From a virus, in the IMG/VR virus record IMGVR_UViG_3300046171_000208, positions 37,694 through 101,693 of that record: a DNA stretch of 64,000 nucleotides. One strand, written 5' to 3'. The position numbers and the translations under genes are program-made. The notes under the pieces are model-generated. The model was not told the DNA's origin, did not search any database, and saw only the letters and a list, made by a program, of their open reading frames with translations. Shown in pieces: positions 19,213 through 29,052 of this stretch (its first letter is position 1; every line of letters begins with the position of its first letter).

Positions 19213-20100
19213 ATGTCTTTTAAAGACCTTAAAAAGCAGTCTAAACTTGGCTCTTTAACAGCAAAACTAGTTAAAGAAGTTGAGAAGATGAACAACACGG
19301 GCGGTAACGCTGATGACCGAATCTGGAAGCTAGATGTAGACAAAGGAGGTAACGGTTATGCTGTTATCAGATTCCTACCTGCACCCGAAGGTGAAGATTT
19401 ACCATTTGTAAAACTATATTCACACGCATTCCAAGGACCTGGTGGATGGTTCATTGAGAACTCACTCACAACACTTGGACAGAAAGACCCAGTTTCCGAG
19501 TATAACTCATTACTCTGGAACAATGGTACTGATGCTGGAAAAGAAACAGCAAGAAAGCAGAAGCGTAAGTTAACTTATGTCAGCAACATTTATGTTGTAA
19601 AAGACCCTGCAAATCCTGATAACGAAGGTAAAGTATTTCTATACAAGTATGGAAAGAAAATCTTTGACAAGCTTACTGCAGCAATGCAACCAGAGTTTGA
19701 AGATGAGGAAGCAATCGATCCATTCGATTTCTGGCAAGGTGCTAACTTTAAGTTAAAAGCAAAGAATGTCGCAGGTTATAGAAACTACGATAGTTCTGAA
19801 TTTGCAGCACAAAGTCCTCTACTTGATGACGATGATGCAATGGAAACACTCTGGAAAAAACAGTTCTCACTTTCTGAAATTGTTGCACCAGACCAGTTCA
19901 AGGCATATGATGAGTTAAAGACTCGTCTAGATTATGTTCTTGGAAATAAGAAGTCCGCTGCACCACAGTTTGAAGAGGAAGATAATGATCGTGGTCAAGC
20001 AGAAGAGTTAGTAACTGCTGCTGTATCAAAACCAACTCCTGCTGTTGCAGAAGAAGAGGATGATGCACTATCATACTTTGCGAAACTCGCAGAAGAATAA
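19213..20100 (+). CDS. gp32: single-stranded DNA-binding protein gp32
   Basis: DDRIWK, GNGYAVIRFLP, YGKKIFDK, GANFKLK, NYDSSEF, acidic tail. Confidence 0.97.
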   Translation: MSFKDLKKQSKLGSLTAKLVKEVEKMNNTGGNADDRIWKLDVDKGGNGYAVIRFLPAPEGEDLPFVKLYSHAFQGPGGWFIENSLTTLGQKDPVSEYNSLLWNNGTDAGKETARKQKRKLTYVSNIYVVKDPANPDNEGKVFLYKYGKKIFDKLTAAMQPEFEDEEAIDPFDFWQGANFKLKAKNVAGYRNYDSSEFAAQSPLLDDDDAMETLWKKQFSLSEIVAPDQFKAYDELKTRLDYVLGNKKSAAPQFEEEDNDRGQAEELVTAAVSKPTPAVAEEEDDALSYFAKLAEE

Positions 20101-20117
20101 TTACAAAGTAATTGTGT

Positions 20118-20144
20118 AGGGGGTCAAACGACCCCCTTTTTTTT
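20118..20144. terminator. terminator between convergent gp32 and gp53
   Basis: GGGGGTC-AAAC-GACCCCC + T-run. Confidence 0.85.
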
Positions 20145-20868
20145 ATGGATTTACAGTTTCGGTATTATCTGTTGCAACTAAACTTGATGTTATATAATTT
20201 GAACTCTTATCATACCTAAGAATATCTCTTAAATCATTAATAAATGTTTGAACAAATCCATTTTTTAATACATTTATTTTTCTCTTTTCTTCATTTTTCT
20301 TATATTCATATTCTAAATTAGTTACTGCCCTCGCTATTTTATCTGTGGTTACTGTGTATTCAGTTTTATCATCAAGTTGATTGTTTCCCTCTTGTGAAAT
20401 TAAATTGTATCTATTTGTACCAAATTGAGTCGATGATCCATATATTTTAAAATCAACATCAACAATAAGATTAGGTGGTAATATTTGACGATCCTGACTA
20501 TCTCTTATTTCAAAGGTTTCATAATATCTTATAGCACTCATTTTTTCTTCTGAACCATATTTTTCTAAGGCATAGTCATAAACTTGGTAATCTTGTAATG
20601 GCCATTCGTGATTGATGTTAGTTATTCCAGCAACTAAAATTACAATATAATCTAATGAAGAATCACCATATAGAAAGTCTGCAAGTGTATCAGGTCTATC
20701 TCCATCTTTTATAACTAATTTTTGTTGAGCGATTACACCACTTCTTACATAATCCATCAACTTAGCACTACGAAATATATTTTTTATAATAATGTAATCA
20801 CTTGCTGAATTTTTATGTGATAATGGCGATTGATATGCTATATCTGGTAATTCTCTGAATAATCCCAT
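20143..20868 (-). CDS. gp53: baseplate wedge protein gp53
   Basis: FRELPDIAY, KNIFR, DGDRPDTLA..LYGD, EWPL, NEEKRKI. Confidence 0.85.
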   Translation of the reverse strand: MGLFRELPDIAYQSPLSHKNSASDYIIIKNIFRSAKLMDYVRSGVIAQQKLVIKDGDRPDTLADFLYGDSSLDYIVILVAGITNINHEWPLQDYQVYDYALEKYGSEEKMSAIRYYETFEIRDSQDRQILPPNLIVDVDFKIYGSSTQFGTNRYNLISQEGNNQLDDKTEYTVTTDKIARAVTNLEYEYKKNEEKRKINVLKNGFVQTFINDLRDILRYDKSSNYITSSLVATDNTETVNP

Positions 20869-22100
20869 TAGTATCCAACTCCTGGTCCTGCACCTACTTG
20901 CTGATAATCTTCATGATAGATTGGATTGAGCTCTTTAAATGTTAAACTCATTCTGATATTCACTGGTGTTCCATCTTCATATGAAGTATATGTACCTGCA
21001 TTAGTATAATTAACACTCATACCAGTTAACGCACATAATTTGAATGAATGTAGAAATGGATGATCAACATCATCTTTTAAAAATTTAAGTTGAAAAACAT
21101 CTGGTGATTGTATGAATATACCTGCAGCAGTTCCGTTAAATTCTCCTGCTTTTGCTGCCATTGATGCTTTTAAGCGTCTTATAATTTGTTTTACAACATC
21201 GCCTTCTTTGGGACTTCTTGGAGAAAATGTTATACTATATGGAAAAGTTCTTAAATTTACTCCTTTGAAAAGTAGTTCTAAATTATTATTAAGAATTTGA
21301 CCTGTAGAACGTGAGATAACACTTTGTGGACTCACGTTTGAACCTAATGCTCCAATCGCTGCACCAGATAATGCTGCTCTTACTGCACCTTGAGTTTCAG
21401 GTTTCAAACCAGGAATATCAATTCCAGTATTTAATGCAGTAACTGCTGCTTGTGCTGCAGCTACTCCATCTTCGACAAGATTGCCACCCATTGCTTTTTG
21501 TGCAACTGCAAGTGCACCAAGTTCAAGTGCGTTTGCACGATCTTCACCCCAAGTAATTGAATTTGAATCAGTTAAATCTTGAGGGATAGGTAGTTCAATT
21601 AAATATTTCATTAATCTATTTGCATCTTTACTCATTCTTGAGTTAGCATCAGTTACTTTAAAATCTATTCCTGGTCTTTCTGAACCATTCATCAATTTTC
21701 CTTTCTCATTATATACCTTTAGTTTATTCTTATCACCTTCAGGTAGAGCCATCTTTTTTTTATCTTCTGAAGTTATTGCACTAACTTTACCGTTAGCACC
21801 TTTTTCTTTTTTAAACATATTAACTGGTGTTACTGTTGCTCCAGCACCAGATTCTGGTGGTTCAAATTTTAGACATTTTATGACAAGTCTGTCACCAGTT
21901 CTTTGACTTGGACCTGTAGCAAGTGGGTAACTCAATGGTGGTAATTTTTTATTTCTTGCTCTACTTGTAATTTTTCTATCTCGTGTAGCATAAGTAGGTA
22001 ATTGATTGCCAGTTTCCAAAGCCTGTTCAACACCATCCTTATACTCTTGTGAAGCGTAATATGATTCTTGCTGTTTATAATCGGCAGGATAATTAGGCAT
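20868..22100 (-). CDS. gp48: baseplate tail-tube cap gp48
   Basis: LPIPQ, NNNLELLFKGVNLRTF, PRSPKE, CALTGMSVNYT, LTFKEL. Confidence 0.85.
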   Translation of the reverse strand: MPNYPADYKQQESYYASQEYKDGVEQALETGNQLPTYATRDRKITSRARNKKLPPLSYPLATGPSQRTGDRLVIKCLKFEPPESGAGATVTPVNMFKKEKGANGKVSAITSEDKKKMALPEGDKNKLKVYNEKGKLMNGSERPGIDFKVTDANSRMSKDANRLMKYLIELPIPQDLTDSNSITWGEDRANALELGALAVAQKAMGGNLVEDGVAAAQAAVTALNTGIDIPGLKPETQGAVRAALSGAAIGALGSNVSPQSVISRSTGQILNNNLELLFKGVNLRTFPYSITFSPRSPKEGDVVKQIIRRLKASMAAKAGEFNGTAAGIFIQSPDVFQLKFLKDDVDHPFLHSFKLCALTGMSVNYTNAGTYTSYEDGTPVNIRMSLTFKELNPIYHEDYQQVGAGPGVGY

Positions 22101-22111
22101 ATATAATTTTT

Positions 22112-22459
22112 TTAACTATTTAGACGGATTTTGACAAAAGGCAGAGTTCTTAAATCTCTTAACTCCATTTCATCTACTTTATACAGTCCTCCAACAACTT
22201 CTGGGAATGTATATTGTCTCATTTCACCCCAGTGATAATTTAATCCTTTGAAACCCCAAGAGTAAACGTTAGTTACTGCAACGAGTGGATGTTCATCATA
22301 TGCAATGTTGGGTGTCTTTGGTTTATATACAAAAACGTAGTAATTTCCTTCTTCAGGTACATTACTTCCTTCAGTTAAAACACCTAGTATTTCCTGTGTT
22401 AAATCATCAGCACTCTCGGTGCCATACAGGTTTTGCATTATAGGATCTAAACGACTCAT
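22112..22459 (-). CDS. DNA end protector gp2-like protein (short)
   Basis: FVYKPKT..IAYDEHPLV...GFKGLNYH; next to gp4. Confidence 0.6.
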   Translation of the reverse strand: MSRLDPIMQNLYGTESADDLTQEILGVLTEGSNVPEEGNYYVFVYKPKTPNIAYDEHPLVAVTNVYSWGFKGLNYHWGEMRQYTFPEVVGGLYKVDEMELRDLRTLPFVKIRLNS

Positions 22460-22890
22460 ATATCTAACTCTTTTTCTGTAATTACTTTAAACTCCCACAT
22501 TCGGTCAGCACAATACTCTCTTGCTGCTTTCCATTTTGCTTGGTTTCTTGCATATTCAAATGCTTCACGAATATAACCTTTGGTTTGTCTTTTTGGTCTT
22601 TTTGGTTTAGTTGTTTGTTTAAGTGGTTTCACTTCAATCAGATATCTTTTTATTTTACCTGTGTTCTCTTGAACCTTGATATAAAAATCTGGAAAGTACC
22701 TATGTACTCGACTATCGTGAGGTGAGATGTATGGGAGAGCAATCTCTTCACTTCCCCACTCAAGAATTTTAGTGTTTTTATCACAGTACACCATAAACTT
22801 TCTTTCCCAAAGTGACCTGTAAATAATATTAGTCGGATCACCTTTATACTTTCTAGGATATGATGGATAGTATTTTCCCCTATAAGCCAT
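22456..22890 (-). CDS. gp4: head completion protein gp4
   Basis: KYKGDPTNIIYRSLWE, WGSEE, HRYFPDF, EVKP, NQAKW. Confidence 0.92.
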   Translation of the reverse strand: MAYRGKYYPSYPRKYKGDPTNIIYRSLWERKFMVYCDKNTKILEWGSEEIALPYISPHDSRVHRYFPDFYIKVQENTGKIKRYLIEVKPLKQTTKPKRPKRQTKGYIREAFEYARNQAKWKAAREYCADRMWEFKVITEKELDI

Positions 22891-22920
22891 CTAAATAACT
22901 ATACTATAGAAGTATTTAGA
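22890..22920. promoter_or_regulatory. overlapping late promoters for divergent genes
   Basis: CTAAATA on + (22891) and on - (TATTTAG, 22913-22919) in a 30-bp intergenic inverted repeat. Confidence 0.7.
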
Positions 22921-23751
22921 GTGCCAGCACCAAGACCAAGAGGGATATCAGATATAATGCCTAAGTTACAGAATGTAGCTCAGACATCTCAATTTTTAGT
23001 TAAATTTGTTGTACCAAGAGGTGATTGTCGTAGATTTTTAAGACAGAAAGGAATAAATGATCGTTTTATATCAGATAATGTAGGATTACTTTGTAGTGAT
23101 GCAGTTTTGCCTGGAAGTGCAATGGCAACTCTTAATACTGCTGGTGATTATCAAGGTGTTATAGAAAGATTTGCTCATACAAGAAATTTTACACAAATTA
23201 ATTTTGATTTTTATGTTGATAATGAATATAAATCGTTAAAATTTTTAGAGCACTGGATGGAATTTATATCAAGTGGATCAATTGCCGATCCTTCATCTGA
23301 TACCTATCATTTTAAAATGAAATATCCTGATGAATATAAATCAAATGATACGAGGGTAGTTAAGTTTGAAAGAAATCATTCTCAATTTTTAGAATATAGA
23401 TTTATTGGAATGTTTCCACTGTCTCTTAATTCTACACGAGTTTCATATCAAAATTCCACTGTACTAAAAGCAACTGCAACGTTTAGTTTTGACAGATACG
23501 TTTGTGGTGAAACTAGTTCTCTTGCAAGAGCTTTAGGATTAGATTTGAATAATCAAGCTGCGAGAGATAAAAGAGCATCAGCAAGGCAAACTGAAAGAAA
23601 TAATAATAGTTTGAGTAGAATAATGAATGACGATTTAGCACTACTTAATTCTGGAACAGCATATAGAAATCTACCTCCTGAATTAGTTGGTGGAGGAATC
23701 ACAAGAAGATTTGGAACAAATACTACTTTGACACCATTTAGCGAAAGATAG
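22921..23751 (+). CDS. tail-tube-related baseplate protein (gp54/gp19-like)
   Basis: LLCSDAVLPG, FYVD, FLEHWMEFI, YPDEYK, FPLSL; synteny. Confidence 0.7.
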   Translation: MPAPRPRGISDIMPKLQNVAQTSQFLVKFVVPRGDCRRFLRQKGINDRFISDNVGLLCSDAVLPGSAMATLNTAGDYQGVIERFAHTRNFTQINFDFYVDNEYKSLKFLEHWMEFISSGSIADPSSDTYHFKMKYPDEYKSNDTRVVKFERNHSQFLEYRFIGMFPLSLNSTRVSYQNSTVLKATATFSFDRYVCGETSSLARALGLDLNNQAARDKRASARQTERNNNSLSRIMNDDLALLNSGTAYRNLPPELVGGGITRRFGTNTTLTPFSER

Positions 23752-23765
23752 ATTCCAAAAACACC

Positions 23766-23773
23766 TATAAATA
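23766..23773 (+). promoter_or_regulatory. T4-type late promoter
   Basis: TATAAATA upstream of gp26. Confidence 0.8.
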
Positions 23774-23798
23774 ATCATACTGAAGTGTAGTAATTATT

Positions 23799-24518
23799 AT
23801 GCCTTTACCAACCATTTCAACTCCAACGTATGAGTTGACATTACCATCATCTAATAGAAAAATTAAATATCGTCCTTTTTTAGTTAAAGAGGAAAAGATT
23901 TTAATTATAGCGATGGAAACCCAAGATACAAAACAAATTGCAAGAGCAGTAAAAGATGTTCTAGCAAAATGTATATTGACAAAAGGAATCAAAGTTGATA
24001 AACTTGCAACTTTTGATATTGAATATTTGTTTTTAAATATTCGTGGAAAATCTGTGGGAGAACATATTGAAGTGATGGTCACTTGTCCTGACGATGAAAA
24101 GACTCAAGTTCCAATGTCAATCAATATTGATGATATTAAAATTAAAAAAGAGAAAGATCATTCTACTGACATTTCTTTAGATGGTACTTATACTTTAAGA
24201 ATGAAATATCCATCTTTGAGCGAATTTATTAAAAATAATTTCGATTCAATGACTGATATGAAAGTTGAAGATACTTTTGAATTAATTTCATCTTGTATTG
24301 ATCAAGTATATTCAGAGGAAGAAACGTGGTCGCATCAAGAATGTACAAAGAAAGAGTTATCAGATTTTGTTGAATCTCTTAATTCCAATCAATTTAAGTT
24401 GGTTGAAAATTTCTTTACAACTATGCCTAAATTATCTCATACTGTTAAAGTTACTAATCCAAATACAAAAGTTGATAGTGAAATTAAACTAGAGGGGCTG
24501 CAGAGTTTTTTCGGATAA
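23799..24518 (+). CDS. gp26: baseplate hub assembly protein gp26
   Basis: MPLP...YELTLPS...YRPFLVKEEK, FDIEYLFLNIRGKSVGE, FFTTMPKL, LEGLQSFF. Confidence 0.9.
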   Translation: MPLPTISTPTYELTLPSSNRKIKYRPFLVKEEKILIIAMETQDTKQIARAVKDVLAKCILTKGIKVDKLATFDIEYLFLNIRGKSVGEHIEVMVTCPDDEKTQVPMSINIDDIKIKKEKDHSTDISLDGTYTLRMKYPSLSEFIKNNFDSMTDMKVEDTFELISSCIDQVYSEEETWSHQECTKKELSDFVESLNSNQFKLVENFFTTMPKLSHTVKVTNPNTKVDSEIKLEGLQSFFG

Positions 24519-24520
24519 GT

Positions 24521-24700
24521 ATGGCACACGAGGATCTTGTGTCATACTATAAGTTAAATTTTGCTTTGATGCAACACCATAAATATAGTTTAACTGAACT
24601 TGAGAATATGATTCCGTGGGAGAGAGAAATTTATGTTTCACTTTTACAACAGTATATTGAAGAGGAAAATTTAAAAGCACAACAAGAACGTAATGGATGA
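24521..24700 (+). CDS. gp51: baseplate hub assembly catalyst gp51-like (59 aa)
   Basis: MAHEDLVSYYKLNFALMQHHKYSLTELENMIPWEREIY; not in the ORF track. Confidence 0.85.
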   Translation: MAHEDLVSYYKLNFALMQHHKYSLTELENMIPWEREIYVSLLQQYIEEENLKAQQERNG

Positions 24701-26324
24701 GGAACAAGGTTTACAATCACCAATAGCAGGAGGTATTAGAGGCATCAGGAGAAGTGTATCCTCCAGTGTCTTTACAGGTCGTGCTGTTGCACCTCAAGCA
24801 GTTCAACCTGTTTCTCCAATGATTCAGGCACCACCTCAACCACCACAACCAGATCCACAAACAACAAGTTTACTTAGTCAGAACTCATTAACTTTAACAA
24901 GTGTTTCGGGACAATTATCTGCCATATCTGAACAGATATTTTCTTTGAATAGTTCACTATCAGTAATTAAATCAAATTTAGATGTAAGTGATCAAATAGA
25001 TAGACAAAGAGAAGGAGCAAAACAAAAAAGAGATGCGATATTAGCAGAGCAAGGATTAAGGGAAGGAAAAGAATCAGAACTAGAAAGAAAAATACAAACT
25101 GCTTTACTTGCTCCAGTAAGAAGAGTTGCAGGTTTTGCTCAAGGTATATTAAGTAGATTGGGTAATTTTTTATTCATTCTTACTGCAGGTTGGTTAACTG
25201 ACAAAACTTTATCATTTTTAAGACTAACATCCGAAGGAAATGTTGATAAATTAAATGAATTTAAAAGAAAATTCTTAATTGACCTTGCACTTTTAGGAGG
25301 TATAGGTTTAGCACTGACTATAGGAATTGGAAAAATAGTTGCAACAGTAGGTGCAATATCAGGTTTAGCTTTAAAATTTGCATTCTCTGCATTACTAGCA
25401 GCACCATTTCTTGCAGCATTAAAATTTATTAAAAATAATGTTGATAATTTTGTCAAGAATTTTGGATTATATGTGCGAAATCTTCTTACAAAAGGTCCAG
25501 GAAAAGTTGTACAAAAGTTAGGATTACCTTTGTTAGGAGTGGGTGGTGTTGCAGCACTGTTCCCTAAAAAAATTGGAAAATTTTTTAAATCAGTATTTGG
25601 AAAGAAGATAATTGGTGAAGCAGTAGAAGGAGCTGCGAAAACAGGTGCAAAAACGGGAGCAAAAAGTGGTTTAAAAGCTTTAGGACCAATTGGAATAGGT
25701 CTTGAATTAGCATTAGCACCTATCTTCGCATTCTTTGATTATAAAGACAGAAAAGAAAATCTAGGTCAAACAGAGGGACAGGCAAAAACTGGAGCAAGTG
25801 CAACTGCGATTGGTGGTATAGCTGGTACTCTAATTGGATTAACTTTAATACCAGAACCACTAACAAGTGCTACTGGTTTGATAGGTCTTGCATTATTAAG
25901 CATGTTCGGTGGAATGGGTGCTGGAAAATTAGCTGATACAGTAACTGGGGCTAATAAGAATAAGGGGGATTCAGCTCCAGAATATACAGTTGAAGGAAGG
26001 GCAGATGGTGGTCCTGTCGATGCTAAAAAACCATATGTAGTTGGAGAAAAAGGACCTGAACTATTCAGTTCAGAAGTTGCTGGAATGATAACACCAATTA
26101 ACTTTAAAAAAGATTCAAAAGTATCAGACCTTATATCATCGTTTGATCAATCGGCAGAGGTCACAGTTATTCCTTTAAGCACTTCAGAAAAAGGAATACC
26201 AGCAAGTGCAACTATGGCAACTAGTTCAAGCACTCCGAGTGATTCTTTACCAAATATACCATCATCTGATTTTGCAAATAGTTTTATTGGATTTTCTGAA
26301 TCTGTGTATAATGTGGTGGTATAA
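24693..26324 (+). CDS. putative baseplate hub/tape-measure-like protein
   Basis: Helical, Gly/Ala-rich hydrophobic segments; RADGGPV...YVVGEKGPELF motif; follows gp26/gp51. Confidence 0.6.
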   Translation: MDEEQGLQSPIAGGIRGIRRSVSSSVFTGRAVAPQAVQPVSPMIQAPPQPPQPDPQTTSLLSQNSLTLTSVSGQLSAISEQIFSLNSSLSVIKSNLDVSDQIDRQREGAKQKRDAILAEQGLREGKESELERKIQTALLAPVRRVAGFAQGILSRLGNFLFILTAGWLTDKTLSFLRLTSEGNVDKLNEFKRKFLIDLALLGGIGLALTIGIGKIVATVGAISGLALKFAFSALLAAPFLAALKFIKNNVDNFVKNFGLYVRNLLTKGPGKVVQKLGLPLLGVGGVAALFPKKIGKFFKSVFGKKIIGEAVEGAAKTGAKTGAKSGLKALGPIGIGLELALAPIFAFFDYKDRKENLGQTEGQAKTGASATAIGGIAGTLIGLTLIPEPLTSATGLIGLALLSMFGGMGAGKLADTVTGANKNKGDSAPEYTVEGRADGGPVDAKKPYVVGEKGPELFSSEVAGMITPINFKKDSKVSDLISSFDQSAEVTVIPLSTSEKGIPASATMATSSSTPSDSLPNIPSSDFANSFIGFSESVYNVVV

Positions 26325-27718
26325 TGGCAGATATTAAGAGAAGAAGAGATGCAGTTCTCAAATCAAATATTAGTATTAATTCAATAAGAGATTCAGTAGT
26401 TAAATTTACAAAAGGTTTGACTGCTGCAAGACAAACATCATCTGAAATTGTTAAGAGTACAGATAAAAATAACAAATTTAAAAGAACTCTAATAGGTAAT
26501 GATAATACTTATTTTACAAAGAGAAGAGAAAATGCAAGGAGAAGGCAAAGAGAAGATGAATTAGAAGCATCAACTGTTCAAGGAACAACGAAGAGGCAAG
26601 GTAATGTTGTTTCAAGAAGTACAAAAGGTTTTCTTGGTAGAATACTTGATTTCTTTGGTATCGTATTGATAGGATGGTTTGTTAATACGTTACCTCAAAT
26701 TTTAAAATCAATTCAGGGATTGATAAAACGAATACAAGCAGTAATTACAACTCTTACAGATTATTTGAATGGTATAGGAGATTTTTTGGTTGCTATAGGA
26801 ACAGGAATTTCTAATGCAATACAAAGTATAAAATCAGTAGTAGATTTAGTATTATTGAGAAGACAAAATGAAGAAAGTCTTGAAAGTGCTGATAATAATT
26901 TGAATAAAGTAAGAAAAAATATGATGACGACTGCGTTTGCATATAATAATCCTGCTAATGCAGGTCTAAAGGATTTTTCAGGAGATCAATTAATAGAATC
27001 AGAATTAGATGAAAAGAAGGATAAAAAAGAGGACGAGAATCCTAAACAAGAAAAACCAAAAGAAGGAAATGCAGACAATGTTGAGGGTGAAAAAGGTGAT
27101 TTTACTGTTGATAACACACCTAATAGTGGAACTGATAAACAACAGGAAGAAGATCCTAATGATCAGAACTTAATCCAAGGAATAAGTAATGATAAAGATT
27201 TCAAAAATTTAGAATCTAATAAAGCTCAAGACAAAGGAGAAACTATAAGTGACAGAGATGAGGCTAATAGAGCATCTAAAGATGAACAAGAACAGACAAA
27301 AGGAATATTTTCAAAAACAAAAAATTTCATTGCTGGTTTTTTTGGTGGTGATGGACAACAACAGTCAGATAATCAAAAAAGAGAAACAGATAGTAAGAAA
27401 GATAGTAGTTCGTCAGTAAGTGGTGTTGTATCAAAAATAAGACAAATAGCAACTAATGCCAATAAACAAGTAAAAGGTGAAAAGAAAAACTTAAGTATAG
27501 AACCTTCAAAGAGAGAAAGAAATAATATGAATACTAGAAAAAACAAAAATAGAAGTCAAGTTTTGATAATTGAAAAAGGAGTATCAACTAATACTCCATC
27601 TGCTCCTTCTGGTGGTAGCGGTGGTGGATCTAGCTTAAATAGTATTGACGGACTTCAAGATTCCGATGCGATGAAAAAAGGAATTAAAAAACTTCAATCA
27701 GTTATACTTGCAAACTAA
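26324..27718 (+). CDS. virion structural/tape-measure-like protein
   Basis: Coupled to the previous gene; shares the coiled-coil + hydrophobic FFGIVLIGWFV architecture. Confidence 0.55.
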   Translation: MADIKRRRDAVLKSNISINSIRDSVVKFTKGLTAARQTSSEIVKSTDKNNKFKRTLIGNDNTYFTKRRENARRRQREDELEASTVQGTTKRQGNVVSRSTKGFLGRILDFFGIVLIGWFVNTLPQILKSIQGLIKRIQAVITTLTDYLNGIGDFLVAIGTGISNAIQSIKSVVDLVLLRRQNEESLESADNNLNKVRKNMMTTAFAYNNPANAGLKDFSGDQLIESELDEKKDKKEDENPKQEKPKEGNADNVEGEKGDFTVDNTPNSGTDKQQEEDPNDQNLIQGISNDKDFKNLESNKAQDKGETISDRDEANRASKDEQEQTKGIFSKTKNFIAGFFGGDGQQQSDNQKRETDSKKDSSSSVSGVVSKIRQIATNANKQVKGEKKNLSIEPSKRERNNMNTRKNKNRSQVLIIEKGVSTNTPSAPSGGSGGGSSLNSIDGLQDSDAMKKGIKKLQSVILAN

Positions 27719-29052
27719 TGGCAGCAATAGATAAATCAATTTATCAAAAATTTATAGTTGAATCAGCAGATGGATCTAAAAGTGCTGATATATCTGAAGG
27801 TGTCATAGCGTTCACATACTTTGAAAATATTTTTTCTCCATATCTGACAGCAAGAGTTATTGTTACTAATACCAGTGGTTCAATAGAAGGTGATGATGGA
27901 AATTTGCAATCAGTGTATAATGGATTACCTTTGAGAGGGGGTGAAAGAGTATTAATAAAAATAGCAGGAAATTCAAAAACAAATGAGGGTTTAGACTTTT
28001 CAGTATCCCCTGATCAATATTTTTACGTTGCTTCAGTGACAAATGTTTTACTTAACGAAGGTACTGAAAGTTTTACTTTGAATTTGGTTTCAAGAGAGGC
28101 AATAACAAATGAGACAACTAGGGTCGGTAAAAAGTTTCCCACTTCGCAAAAAATATCTGGGTCTGTAGAAGATATACTTAAAAACTATTTGAAAGCTGAT
28201 AAAATCGGTGATATTGAAGAGACTCAAAACACTTATGGTTTTATTGGTAATATGAAAAAACCATTTACAATAATAACTTGGTTAGCATCTAAATCAGTTT
28301 CGGGTTCAGCAAAACCAGGTGAAGATTCTAGTGCTGGATATGTATTTTATGAAACACAATCAGGATTTAACTTTGTATCTCTAGATAAAATTATGGAGTC
28401 AAAACCTTATAATGTTGATTTCATATACTCACCTGGAATAATTTCTACTGATGATCCAAATAAAGATTTCAGAATACTAACATATGCTACTAATAGAAAT
28501 CAAGATTTAATTGGTAAACTTGAAAGAGGTGCTTATAGTAGTGTTCGTTATTATGTTAATCCTGTATCTTTCGCACCATCTATTTCAGTATTTAATTCTG
28601 ATGATTATCAGGGTAAAGCTAATAATTTGGGTGATAAGGAGGTTGCTTTACCAAGAATTGATGATAAAAGTGAAAAAACACTAGGTGACTTGCCAAGTCG
28701 TATATTTGTTGGTATGCTAGATGTTGGTACTCTTGAAAAGGATGCGAGTGATGAGGGATGGAATGATCCTGTTAAAAGAAATGCAGATCCACAGAGAATT
28801 CATTCCCAATCGATGATGAGATATAATCAGATATTTACTCAAGTGGTCGATATTACTATTCCTCTAAACACAAATCTAAATGCTGGTTCTATCATAAGAT
28901 GCGAATTCCCCCAATTATCAAATGTTAAAAGAAAGCAACCTGATCCTGAACTCAGTGGTCTATATATGATAAAAGAACTAGCACATTATTTTGATGGTAA
29001 AGGTTCATATTCAAAATTAAAAATAGTTAGAGATACGTTTGGAAGAAAATGA
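27718..29052 (+). CDS. baseplate hub protein (gp27-like)
   Basis: YFENIFSP, LPLRGGE, VFYETQSGFNF, SGLYMIKELAH, RDTFG; directly before gp5. Confidence 0.65.
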   Translation: MAAIDKSIYQKFIVESADGSKSADISEGVIAFTYFENIFSPYLTARVIVTNTSGSIEGDDGNLQSVYNGLPLRGGERVLIKIAGNSKTNEGLDFSVSPDQYFYVASVTNVLLNEGTESFTLNLVSREAITNETTRVGKKFPTSQKISGSVEDILKNYLKADKIGDIEETQNTYGFIGNMKKPFTIITWLASKSVSGSAKPGEDSSAGYVFYETQSGFNFVSLDKIMESKPYNVDFIYSPGIISTDDPNKDFRILTYATNRNQDLIGKLERGAYSSVRYYVNPVSFAPSISVFNSDDYQGKANNLGDKEVALPRIDDKSEKTLGDLPSRIFVGMLDVGTLEKDASDEGWNDPVKRNADPQRIHSQSMMRYNQIFTQVVDITIPLNTNLNAGSIIRCEFPQLSNVKRKQPDPELSGLYMIKELAHYFDGKGSYSKLKIVRDTFGRK

